Positions 50,888 through 62,269 of a stretch of DNA of 64,000 nucleotides are shown one piece after another. The position numbers and the translations under genes were made by a program. Where the stretch lies: the NCBI GenBank assembly GCA_013239625.1, contig MU054212.1, forward strand, positions 4,560,270-4,624,269, in the 5' to 3' direction. The notes beneath the pieces are model-generated. The model did no database searches. It saw nothing but the letters and a program-made list of their open reading frames with translations, and was not told the origin of the DNA. Each line of letters opens with the position of its first letter. Position 1 is the stretch's first letter. The DNA is from Lama guanicoe. Lineage: Eukaryota.

Positions 50888-51330
50888 GTATCTTACATTG
50901 GCTCCTTTCAGAAGCAGAGCCTAAGCCAAAGATTGAGGTGCAGTGATTTCTTAAGGACATGGCCCATGAGAAAGCAGTAAGGGATAGTGGGGTGTACCGC
51001 AGGACAGAAAGGGGAGCGATTCAAGCAAAGCTATGATTTCAGGTGAAGTCCAGACACCTGTAGTTTTCCACAAAAGAGTTCTGGAATGTAGATTTCAACT
51101 CCAAGTTTACTAAGCTGGAAGCAAAGGCACTGGGCTCTTACCCTTCCCACCAGGCAGCCTGCTGGCTCCTGGTAGCCCTGGGGTCTGGGTGTGAAAACTC
51201 GTCTCCTGGTTGTAGTCATAGATCTCACTTACCTTTCTTGAATCACCTCCCTCTTTTAAGATGATGACAGTTAGCAAAGGTGAACAACTAATTGTGCAGC
51301 AAAACGCTAGAAGTCCCTCTATGTTCCTAG
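50888..51330 (-). mobile_element. ERVL-class LTR (LTR16-like)
   Basis: 'cagaagcagagcctaagccaaagattgaggtgcagtgattt' and 'gatttcaggtgaagtcc' resemble antisense LTR16-group sequence. Right boundary uncertain. Confidence 0.6.
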
Positions 51331-51359
51331 CAGACAAAATATATATTTTGAAGTGGCTT

Positions 51360-51600
51360 AATTTTTATGTACTATCACTAGGTTTGTGAAGCATATCGAT
51401 ATGTAGTATTGGTGTCATTTGATTCTCAAAGCAACCCTTTAAGCTGGAAGTAAAGGTATTATCTCCCCCTCGCCCGTGTGTCTCTCTCTCTCTCCTCACT
51501 TTGAGAAAATGAAGTACAGATAGGTTAAGTTTGAGGAGTTGAGCCAACATTCAAAAAGGGGCTTGACAGCAGAAATTATTTATGTTCTTACTGCTATACC
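51360..51600 (-). mobile_element. MIR SINE with an internal (CT)n
   Basis: 'tcatttgattctcaaagcaacccttt...ggtattatctcccc...gaaaatgaagtacagataggttaag'. Confidence 0.7.
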
Positions 51601-53859
51601 AAGCTGTCACATGAAGAGATTATTCTGCCTGTAGTTTTTTAATCGCTAGAAATCTAAAAAAAAAAAAAAATTCAGGTCAAGAAAGTGGGGGAAGAAGGAA
51701 TCAGAACAGATTAAGGAGGGAAATGTTAATGGCAGAAAGAGCTTAGAGGCCGTGGAATCGCCCTGGGTGGCACTGCCTTTCCCATCTGTGCTGGGGGACC
51801 GTGCGACACCGCCTCACCCCTCCGCCGCCCTCCCTTCTGCTGAGCCCCTCGCACTTGCCATCACAGTTGTCTTTACTCCACCGAAGCCCACTCGCAACTC
51901 TGCATCGTGAGACTTTTAAGATCTCACTGATGGAGAACCGTTTGAGAAATAACATTTGAAGAATGGCAGTGGGCTTTAATGGCCAATGAGGAGTGAAAAG
52001 CTGTGTTTGGAAAGAAACAGAACCGGAAAACAACTGATGACCTATCTACCAGCTCGAACGACTTTGCCTTCAGGTTATAAAAGCACTTTGTGTCTGTTTA
52101 TTTGTTTGGATACTGTGGAAATAAAACTTCTATGCAATCAAAATCTGAACTGCTAGAAAAAAAGTTTTTCAGCACCTAAATGTGTTAATACTTTCCAACT
52201 ATAAATATTGCTATCTTTCTAAACTCCTTTCAAATTTAAATACTAGTGCCCAGTGTAAAATTTTAATCTATTCCTTATTAAATAAACCAAGCACAAAGAC
52301 TTTGATATTTAACTTAGTTTTACATGTAAATATTTTTGCACTAAATTTCACAAAAAAGAAAATTAATTTGATTAGGTAGTCAGACAAGGAATATGGTTTT
52401 AGATTATTCCTTCAACAAACAATATTATAAGTTGTAATACTATACTGTTTGCAATTTATAGTTTATATTTACTTTTTTTTTCCCTGCACTATTTCTGTTT
52501 TTCTTTTGCACTACATTCTAAGCAACTTAGACGAGAGGCATTGATCTAAGCCTGTATTAACTCCTTTAGCTTCTACAGTGGCAGGTGGTATGTATTGCAA
52601 AATCCTCAGCACACATTTGCTGATTTGGTGAAGGGACAGATTTAATCCCTGTATGTCCCAAAACACAATCCCTTTCATCATCTGGGGGTGATGAGAACAG
52701 AGTAGTTACACTGGATTCACAAAGATTTAAATGTCATATATACTCTCAGAGGCCACAAGGATTTTCCCTGGAAACAAAGCAAAGCATCCAGCATGGGGCG
52801 CACAAGTGCACAGAGGCAGGTACAGGAGCCCACCCTGGCTGACGTTATCCACTTTGCTTTCAGGAAGAAGGCACCTCCGTCTTTCTGATCCTGATCTTTC
52901 TCTGACCTGATCCCATCAAGCCTGTCCAACTTCAGTGTTTATACCACTCTTTGTCTTTCCTCCATCTGGCCGCTGTTAGCTGATTACTGCTCTGTGCTCT
53001 TTTTCCAAGTTAAAATGTATATCTGCTTCTGCAGTAAAGCTGTCGAGCACTGACCCATTTCCAGCCGTTCATCTTGACTATGAGATTTCATCCTTGCCAG
53101 CATTTTCTCCCCGATGCTGGAACTACCTTTCAATGGAGTGTGTCGCTCTTCTTTGCTCTGGCTTTTCCACAGTGGTTCAGCTGCTGGTAACAAGGTGTCT
53201 GAAATACTATGGCAGCTACAGTTTAGCATATCCTTCAGCTGGTACTAACCATGACCCCCGTCTGCCTTGACATACTTCACACAGTATTGTGACAAAAGAA
53301 ATAACTTGGCACTGTCTCTTAAGATAAAAAAGAACCATGTAGGTCAGAAACCACATGTTTATTTGCATTTGTTTCAATGTATTAAACTGTGAATATTCTG
53401 CCTCTTTCCACCCCTCTAATGCTCATTGCAAATTACTTAGGATCCAGCAACATCAGTAGCTGGCCACCAGCAGTACGACTCCGCGGGAGAGCCCAAAATG
53501 AGTACAGTTGGGGCTGGTCTGATGCATAAAATCCTAATCCCAGTTCTCTATTAGGCCAAATCAACCATGAACCTAATTGCTTTCTAATCAGAGTGATTAA
53601 ACTTTTATCTCTCCAAAAAGCTTTTCAGAATAGGCAAGCATTGAAATAATGAGGTATTTTCAGGCTTTCAAAGTTTTCTTGTATTTGTTTGGTTTGTACG
53701 TGTGTGTGTATATTTTGAAAAGCTACTGTTTTCTGTAAGCGTCTTAAACCAACATAATAATCTTTCATGATTTGACCCTTTCTTACCTCGTAAGTTTTAT
53801 CTTCCAATTTTGGCCGTTCATTTTTTTTGTTCCAGTAAATATAAAATTCCTATTGTTGT

Positions 53860-54360
53860 CTGAATGCATTACATTGTTTTCCTGCTTAATACCCTGAATG
53901 CATACTTTACTTTCTTCTCCTGGAGAGTTCCTACAAATCCAGCAAAGCCAAGGATAACCATCTCCTTCTTTAATTAGTGTTTGTTGAGCCTCTAAACTAG
54001 GCTACGTGTCTCTCTTCTATGCACCCATTGACCCATGAATATCAGTATGAGGATACTGGTGACACTATGTATCAATTACCTATATGTCGCATCAGTGTTT
54101 ACGCCACAAGCAACATCTCAATGAAAGGACTTACATCTTATTTATCTTTGAACCTGCAGTGCTGTGACAAGTGCCTGACATGTATGTCTCCACGTGGAAT
54201 TTGAGCCTTCGACATCGATATTATTCTTCTTCACGTTTTTTCAGTCATGGGAATTAGGTTTAGAACAACTGCTGAGACTTACCCAGGGAGTAAATAATGA
54301 AGCCAGAATTTGAATCCATACCTCTCCCCAAAGCTATCAGAGTTCCAACAGACCACAACG
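53860..54360. mobile_element. L2 3' fragment (+, ~53860-54190) abutting a MIR (-, ~54200-54360)
   Basis: L2: 'tcttatttatctttgaacctgcagtgctgtgacaagtgcctgaca'. MIR: 'gacttacccagggagtaaataatgaagccagaatttgaatcca'. Confidence 0.6.
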
Positions 54361-54549
54361 CCTCAGGAACACAGATTTGTGCCAGTCTGAAGTCTCCTGT
54401 GTCTCTACAGTCATGAGTGGACACAGATAAGTATTTTCCTGTGCCACGTGCTTAGTCACCAGAAGAAGGAAGTCCTCTCCAATCATATTTTATTCCATGC
54501 CCAACAACAAGGAAACCTTACCTAGATTGGCCAGACTCAGGCCACTCTG

Positions 54550-55092
54550 TGTTTGGTAGTTAGATAAGTGGGGGCACCAGACAGATGAGTGCAGGAGAGG
54601 GAGGATGGTCTGGAAGACGGCGTTATGCCTCCAGCATAAAGGGACTTAACTTCTTCTAAGCGAGTGTCAGCAAGAAACTGGTTAAAACCCCACAGCCACG
54701 ACTGCGCAGTAGCAGAAAGGACTTAACGGGACACAACCTGGTGCTCACTGTATTATAATTAACACTGCGGTTAGGCCCCCCCACCATGGGTTTTTCTGTA
54801 TACACTATGGGTAAGGACACGCACAAAGCGGCCAAGCACGACTCAGCACTCCAGGGACAAGAACCGTCAATCAACAAAGAGACCACCTCTAAGCGAGGGT
54901 ACAAGTCAAAGGGGAGACGAAAACCACTGCGCTCCCTCCTTTGGGTCAGCCTCCCTCCCATTCTTGGAGGTGCACTTTCCCTATTTTAAATAAATCTTTA
55001 AAAAATTTTTGCCAGACAACGCACCGTCTCCCGATTATAAATTTCTCTTTCGGGTATGACAAAAACTGGGGTCTTTATCTTTTGGGGTAACA
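54550..55092 (+). mobile_element. ERV1-class solo LTR (543 bp), CpG-rich
   Basis: TGTT...AACA termini ('tgtttggtagttagataag' / 'ggggtaaca'). 4-bp flanks tctg/tctt. AATAAA at 54989-54994. Internal duplicated 'aaag(g)gacttaac'. U5-like 'aaatttctctttcgggtatgacaaaaac'. Confidence 0.8.
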
Positions 55093-56330
55093 TCTTGATT
55101 ACATTTATAGATGGGGTAAATAACTCTGTCATTTAAACACAGAGCAGCATCTTTCTGGACTTGGGAACTGTGGCCCTTCAAATATTCGTCCCATTAAATG
55201 CGTAAAGTCACAGACCAGGATTTGGCTCTTGGAATCAGAAAACATATCTCATGTTTCTTTGATTGTAAACATCACACTAACTTATCTATCTTAAAAATAA
55301 AGTAGTCTTTCATATGCTGTAGCTCAGATTCTTGAAATTCCACTGCAGAGTTTATGTCCAAAGCCAAGTATAAAGTGCTTCTTTGTTACATTTTGCTTAT
55401 GTGTACACATCCCTTGGGAACGTTGCAGAAAAGAGTGATAGGCTGTAGATAAAAACTGGATTTTCACAAGTTTCTTGGACAAAATATCATTACAAGGTCA
55501 CACCTCAACAGAACCCCACTCTTCTTGTTATCCAGACAGGATGATTCTTCTAGATGATCCAGAGAGAGATCCCCGATCTGCTGCGGAGGAAGGATGCACC
55601 ACTGGTTAATGATAAGCTCGTCGCAGTGCCTGCATGTTCGCTGAGTCACTGAGAAGCAAAGGGTCAAGCATCCCATCTCCAGGACTCCAGGGCCAGCCAA
55701 AGAGAAGAACAAGAACAGGAAGCACGCATAGGTCTGACCTTACAGATTCCACAGCTTAAATAAAATATAGTAACGTTAGCCAAAATTTGGCTGTCACTAA
55801 AAACGTGCAAGGATTCTTTTTTAGCTTTGTGGACATTCAGGAAAATTGCTCACTGTTTAACCCACATTCAGATAGCTACTAACATTGCAAAGTGAAAAGT
55901 CGAGCTGTTTTTCATCAAACATGCAGCTTATGTTGGCAATGCCTTACTCTTAATTAGTTTTCGTCAATATGAATCAAGAGCTGGCAAGCCATTTTAAGCA
56001 CTAAGTCATTGCCTTGCTTCAGTACCCGTTTATCTGGAGACAAGAAGACAACTCGGTTTGTTTCAAAGTCAACTAACAACAGGAAATGACTCCCAAAAAG
56101 GATTTGATGTACTAGCCTCGGGCACACAGTGAAAGGAATTCTGAGATCATCATAGACCCTCGCTCAGCACTAACCCTTTGAAGATCTTCTCTGCAAGGAA
56201 TTTGAACTGGAATTTATTCCTGACACTTGTCTGACAACTAGTGAAAAAAAAAAGTGAAAAATAAATAATAAGCCAACATTTCTGTACAAACTACTCATTT
56301 CCTCCTGTACATTTTAAACTAAAATCTCTC

Positions 56331-56393
56331 AGGGAGAAAGAAGGAAGGAAGGAAGGAAGGAAGGAAGGAAGGAAGGAAGGAAGGAAGGAAGGA

Positions 56394-56440
<47 letters not shown>

Positions 56441-56538
56441 GAAGGAAGGAAGGAAGGAAGGAAGGAAGGAAGGAAAGAGAGAGAGAGAGAGGGAGGGAGG
56501 AAAGGGAGGGAGGGAGGGAGGGAGAAAGAAAGAGAAAA
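56331..56538 (+). repeat. 208-bp uninterrupted polypurine compound microsatellite: (AAGG)13(AAAG)12(GAAG)8, then (GA)n and (GGGA)n
   Basis: Read directly; no pyrimidine on the + strand from 56331 to 56538. Confidence 0.97.
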
Positions 56539-56546
56539 CGATCTTT

Positions 56547-56708
56547 GGGGGAGGGTACAGCTCACTGGTAGAGCACATGCTTAGCATGCAAGAGGTCGTG
56601 GGTTCACTCCCCAGTGCCTCCCCTAAAAATAAATAAACCTAGTTACCTTCTCCCCTAAAATAAAAAAAATTAAAATAATACAATAATAAATGAAATATTA
56701 AAAAAAAA
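56547..56708 (+). mobile_element. tRNA-Ala(AGC)-derived SINE, camelid Vic-1-like
   Basis: Head 'gggggagggtacagctcactggtagagcacatgcttagcatgcaagaggtcgtgggttcactccccagtgcctcc' aligns with tRNA-Ala-AGC (A box ~56558, B box ~56601). Followed by 'aaataaacctagttacc..cccc' and an A-rich tail. Confidence 0.88.
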
Positions 56709-56930
56709 CCTGTCTCAATAAAAGCACTGATGATTACGTACAGAAACCATTTATCCAGCTTTCATTCTGCATAAACCTGACAGTTCTCCTTTTCTTAGGT
56801 AGATAAGTATGCTTCATGTATATACAACTAGTGGGATAAGATTTATGTCACTAAATTAAGGACATTACAATTTTGTTTAGACACTTTTTTAGACAGCTGC
56901 CATTGCATGACTTCAAGTACACTTAAGAAA

Positions 56931-57342
56931 AACTTTTTATTTAGAAGTAACTTTAAATGAAAATTTACAAGGATAAGAATAACAAATAGTACCAAGTTCA
57001 ACTACTGTTAACATGTTCCCCACTTGCTGCCTTATCTGTTGTCTCTCTCCCTTTCCTTCTGTATATGTATCCACACACATAAACGCACATATTTTTGTGA
57101 CTCATGAGAGAGGACACTGCGTTCCTCATGCCTTTTTCTACTATTTATTTCTTAAAAATAGGAATATTCTCTTACATAACCTGAGTTAATTATACAATCA
57201 GTAGATTTAAAATTGAAATAGCACTTTTAGCTAATCTACTACTTGTAGTCCAATTTTGCCAATTGATTCAATATTGCTCTGAATAGCATCCCTCTTCTTC
57301 TAGTACAGGATCTACTTGAGGATCAAATAATGTGTTTAGTTG
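56931..57342 (-). mobile_element. L1MC-type 3' end
   Basis: 'aactttttatttagaagtaacttt...actgttaacatgttccccacttg...aaataggaatattctcttacataacc...tagtccaattttgccaattg...caggatc'. Confidence 0.8.
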
Positions 57343-57488
57343 AATACGGCTGCTCCTTGACTTCTGCCCTCCCATTCTGGTGGGAAAAGTCTCTTACGAC
57401 CCGTGTTAATTCAGACCTAATCATGAAAGGAGATTCTAAGAAATACAGTTTCAGTTTAGCTAACTTGACACAATAAAAACCACCATGA
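57343..57488 (-). mobile_element. ERVL 3' LTR, 5' part only (LTR41-like), truncated at the L1MC
   Basis: Reverse complement: 'tcatggtggtttttattgtgtcaagttagctaaactgaaactgtatttcttagaatctcc...gggcagaagtcaaggagcagcc'. Directly adjoins ERVL internal sequence. Confidence 0.65.
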
Positions 57489-58513
57489 TCCATCCCTTGT
57501 CGATTTGGCATCCATTATTTACCTCTTTTAACCATACTTAACTTCCAAAAAACTACAGTAAACAAAAAAAGCTACTGCCTACCCTAGTGCATTCATCCCT
57601 TGTACAGGAAAACACTTTAAATCCTCTCCACAAAATAGAGTTTCTCTGTTTTTGAGTTATGTTCATTTCTCTTTTAGCTGAGACACATTCTTCTTTGATA
57701 TCCTGGGATTTTAATACTGAGATATAAGGTGACCTGCTTTTAGTGCACAGAATGTTAGATGGTAGGGGAATGAGAGAAGAGAAAATAAAATAAGTAGTAG
57801 TTGGTATTTATATCTATCTTTTCTCACATCCCATTCCATATTCTCTCTGTGCTCAGCAAGCTACTTTCTGGGTCACAGTTCTTGACTGGTGGGGTTAGTC
57901 AAATTTTCATTCCTAAAAAATCTAGAGTGTCCCAGTGGTATTAACTTGTTCTATTTTTACACTAACTTTAATCACAGGATACAGAAATAGTAAATGACTG
58001 CAGGGGTCACCTGCATTCCAATTATATACCTCTTTCTCTCCATTGTGCAAAATCAACCCAGGTTTCACTTAGTACTCAGGCTCAATTCCTCTGGTTAGAA
58101 TGAGCAACCCCCTTCTTTGCCTGGTCTTTCGTGGCCATGCGGCAATCTCACATTCCAGTCTAAAGGAGCAATTGTTGAGTCTGCTAAGAAAACATTTTTT
58201 TTCTTGGGAACCAAGACTTCAAGGCTAGTAGAACCTCAAGTTGCTTAGTGGGAAGCCAAACTTGCAAAAATAGGTAAATAATGAGAAAAGACACATCATC
58301 CATTTCACCCCTTGATTTTCAGATCTTAAACCTTGGCTGTGGATAAACCAGCACGATATTTTGGTCACTGATTTAGAGGTCTGCAGAGGACACAGTAAGG
58401 CTCAGAATCAACCTCTCAAGTATAAAAATGTGTTATTCAAAGGTGTTGCCACCTAGCCAGTAGGTGTTGCTGAAAGGTGTATAACTGAGTCTTTAAGTGG
58501 CCATAATTCTATT
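57489..58513 (-). mobile_element. ERVL internal remnant: integrase C-terminus, dUTPase-like region and 3' untranslated region (pseudogenised)
   Basis: Manual minus-strand translation gives LGGNT, LNQ*P, LEVLVPK, IAPLDWNVRLPHGH and QAKKG/LLILTRGIEPEY*VKPGLILHNGEKEVY. These parallel the ERV-L pol end (MIPLNWKLRLPPGHF...QAKKGVTVLAGVIDPDYQGEIGLLLHNGGKEEY, from memory). Confidence 0.85.
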
Positions 58514-60620
58514 TTTTGAGTAGGTACAATGTTAACATGTTTTGAAAAGTCAAAACAATACAAAAATTATACTCAAAGACACATCCCTTCCTCCCATATC
58601 CTGTCTCATCACCCTCACTCCATCCACTGAAGTAATTCATTTTACTAATTACTGATATATTTTTTGCACTGAGTTTTGAAAAGACAAGTAAATACAATTA
58701 TATGTGTATCTATATCTATATATATATATCTTTCTGCATAAAAGGTCACACTTGAATTATTTTCTTTGCACTTTGCTTTTGGCACTTAACAGCTCCTAGA
58801 AATCACTCCATATCAGTGCAAAGAGATTTTCCTTTTCTTTTTCTCTTTCATTTTTTTTTAACAGCGGCATAGTATGACACTGTGTGTACATACCGTAGTT
58901 TATTTAATCAATTTCTTATGGTCGGACATTTAGGTAGCTTTCAATATTCTGCAGTTACTGAAAAAAATGCTACAATGAATAACCTTCACACACATGAATT
59001 TTAATGTTGTGGAAGGTGTATTTTCAGGTCAGATTTATTTTTTTTCCACATGAAGAATCTTTTATTGCCTTAAAATATCTGGTGTTACAAATAGAAAACA
59101 CTAATTATGTTTTCAAATAAAGCAATGATTGCAGTAAATATTTTGTTCATACATTTTAAGAAGCTGAAGAGTAAACACTTCCGCCTTATCAAAAGGGAAG
59201 GCACACTTGTCTCTCTACCTCCCTTCTACCCCTCACTCACTCCTCCCAACAAAGTGTGAGTGAACATCTTTTTTTTGGTACAGAGTATCTGTACACACAC
59301 ACACACACACACATACCCGGGGCTCCCCTTGGACAGTAGCTAGAAGTTAGGGTTGCTAGGTTGAAGGGCAAATACATATGTAATTTTGTTAGATATCGCC
59401 GAATTTCCTCCCATTGGGGGTTGAATCATTTTGTAATTTCTGAATTCTCACTAGCAATGTATGTATTACAGTGGCTGCTTCCCCAAAGTCTTGCCAAAAT
59501 ACGTAGTGTGAGCTTTTGAATCTTTGCCATTTTGATTGGTGAGAAATTATAACTCTTTGTGATTTATTCTACATTTTTCTTACTATGAATAAAGTTGAGT
59601 ATCTTTTATGTATCATCCTTTTGTTTAAACTTTATGTCAAGTAATATGTGTGTGTGTCTGAACTGTTTACGTATATTATTAATTTTTTTCTATATTATTA
59701 TTGAGATTTTCTCCTGGATTGTTAAAACTTCTCTGCAGATGATGAATATTAGCTCTAAACTGTGATATGTGGCAAATATTTTCTCCCATTTTGCCATCTA
59801 TCTTTTGACTTTTCTTATGGCATTTTATTTTTATTGTGGTAAAAATGATAAATTTGCCATGAATTTTTTAATCTTGTGAAGTGTGTCCATCTTTTGTTAC
59901 ATCTGGATTTTTAGTCATAATTAAAACATCTTTCCATATTTGCAGCTTGATAGGTAGGAATTTATCTTTATTTCCTTGTAATACTTAAATAGATTATGTA
60001 TATATATATTAAATATATATATATATTTAGATGTTTGATCTGTTTGGAGTTTATTGTTGTGTATGTTGTCAAGGGCTGATCTAATTTTACCTTTTTCAAA
60101 ATAGTCAAACAGCTAAATCAACATTATTTATTAAAAACAAACCAACAAACCCAAAGTTTTTTCCCTTCAATACTTGATTCCACTTTTCTTCTATACTAGA
60201 TTTCTTGAGTTTTGTCTGTTCTGGACTTTCTAATCTGTTTCATTAGTTGCTCTCTCTTTTCATGTGCCAGCACACACTCTGTTGATTAGAACAGCTTTAT
60301 AATGGTTTCATTTCTTATAGAACTAATTCTCCTTATAGCCCTTCTTTTCACTGTTTTCTTAGCTATCATTGCATGTCAACTATTCCATCTCCATGAAAAA
60401 ACAGCTCCTTGGTATATTCATTGGAATTGTTTCACATTAGGGAGTGCTAAGATCTTGATATTCACATGTCCTAACCAAACACAAATGGTGCCTTTGTATT
60501 TATTTAAATCTACTTCTATATATTTCAGAGTGTTTTGAAGTTTTTGTCACTAAATTTTTGCTCATTTTTGTAAAATTTATTCTGGAGTATTTATCTTTTT
60601 TGTTGCGATTTCAAATACAC
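58514..60620 (-). mobile_element. Ancient LINE-1 (L1MC/L1ME-type), 3'UTR into ORF2, interrupted at ~59034-59338
   Basis: 'ggacatttaggtagctttcaata...aatgctacaatgaataacctt', resuming 'ctagaagttagggttgctagg...taattttgttagatatcgccgaatt', then 'gcaaatattttctccca' and 'gatctgtttggagtttatt'. Confidence 0.88.
59034..59338 (-). pseudogene. Candidate 5'-truncated retrocopy of a cellular mRNA 3'UTR, or an L1 3' transduction; source unidentified
   Basis: The minus strand ends '...ggcAATAAAagattcttcatgtgg-A-rich tail'. AATAAA is at 59061-59066, 15 nt from the tail at 59034-59045. The insert splits a colinear L1. Confidence 0.5.
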
Positions 60621-61201
60621 CTTTTTTATTGAACAAGTGATGATCATCTACCGATTAGTGGGATATGAGAGAATTAGCTACATTCTTTTTATTTTTTAAA
60701 TTCCAGTTAGGTCTTCTTATAGATAGAAAAATACTTGTACTGAGCCAGTTTCAGCATGGACAAAATAAAGGGATTGTTCTACTGCCTAGAAAATAAGTTT
60801 CCTCAAAAATCATAATGCATTAGACTGGTAATAGCATGATTGATACCATCCGCATCTATGATGGAACTGAGCACTTTCTAAAACTCGTTGTCCCCAGATT
60901 CAAAGTGGATATAATATATTTCCAGGACATTCTAAGAGTTAGTGTTACTCACAGGACTAAGTACTAAACAATGTTTCTAGCAAACATCAATTTTACCTCT
61001 TCACAGGCAACACCATACCCTGTTTAGGAAAGGGGTTATCTGTAGAGCTACTGGAAGATGCATGTCTGTTTTTTTCCCTCCTGGCTCCTGTTCTTTATGT
61101 GGGAGATCACGGAGCAAAGACAAAGAAGCTGGCGTAGGGTGTCGAAGCTCACATACTTCTCTTGGGAGAGAGTCCCACGTGAAAAAAACGAAATCTTGAG
61201 G

Positions 61202-61707
61202 TGACCAAGACAGCCAGAAAAACCCCTCTAAGCTTCACTACATTTTAAACAGATTTCTTTTCGACTGTAGACCTGAGTTCCCTTTGCTTAGAGCAATTAC
61301 TTTAGGAAACTTGCAATTGTAAAATTTTTCTTTTGTCCTTTTGAGATGTGAATCTATCAACCTCCTTCCAGTTTTAATACACAAGAATGTCTTTCTCAAG
61401 GACCAGAGGGCCATCTCTTTGAAACGTAATCAGCAAGAAACGTAGCATCCTCTCTACCAGTCTTTGTGGGGCGACAGAAGCCTAACTTTGAGAAGGGCCA
61501 ATTTGCAAACACAGATGGCCTAATAACATTGATCCTCCTCTCCTCTAATGATATCCATTAGTTTTTCCAACAGCTCACCTTAGTTTAGAAACTCTCTGGC
61601 CTTTTGTTTTGAGGAACTTGAGTTTAATCTCTCTACCCCATTGTAATAGTCTTGAATAAAGCCTTCTAGGGCTATTTAACTCTGTGTAGTGTAATAATTC
61701 TTTGACA
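61202..61707 (+). mobile_element. ERV1 (MER4-group, MER67-like) solo LTR
   Basis: TG...CA ends ('tgaccaag' / 'tctttgaca'), 4-bp flanks gagg/gaga. Internal 'ttagagcaattactttaggaaacttgcaattgtaaa', 'gccatctctttgaaacgtaatc' and 'gtaatagtcttgAATAAAg'. Confidence 0.82.
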
Positions 61708-62269
61708 GAGATCTTTAAAAATAATCTTAAAATGCAATTTACAATTTAGCTCTAGTGATTCTTGGATAAGGTATATGATCCCCTCTGAGAACAATTAGGA
61801 GTTTATGAACAGCCCTTGGGGTAGCTTAAATATGTGGGCATGGAGAAAGCATCCATTTAAAATTGATATGTAATAACTGATTTGGTGTCCATGCTCATAA
61901 ACAAAACAGCCACTGACTATTTGGACATCAATTTTCTTTTATTTTCTCTAATAAAAGAGAAGAGCTTGACAGAAACAATGAATTATACTTAGTAGGGCTC
62001 TAGCTTTTATTCCTAAATTCATTTCTTCAGAATTTATTGTAATTGGCTTCTCAATTGTCATCCTAAATTTAAACAACTTTGTTGTGTTGAACTGAAACAT
62101 CTTTGTGCCTAAGAAATAGCTCTTTAGCTTGGCTTCTATATACATTTCCTTTTTGCTTTTATCTTGGAGATTCTCCTTTTGTTTGGTTACTTAATCTGGC
62201 CCATTTTCATATTTATTACCAATGATTTTACTTTTCTTGTCAATGCCTAGTTTATCATATGTTAATATT

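Noticed and set aside
56291..56587. 98-aa and 78-aa ORFs with FLPS/FLSF repeats
   Set aside because: Read-through of the (TTCC)n/(TTTC)n microsatellite on the minus strand.
56551..56622. Functional tRNA-Ala(AGC) gene
   Set aside because: Substitutions in the A box, B box and stems, no T-run terminator, and a SINE-type tail with an A-rich end.
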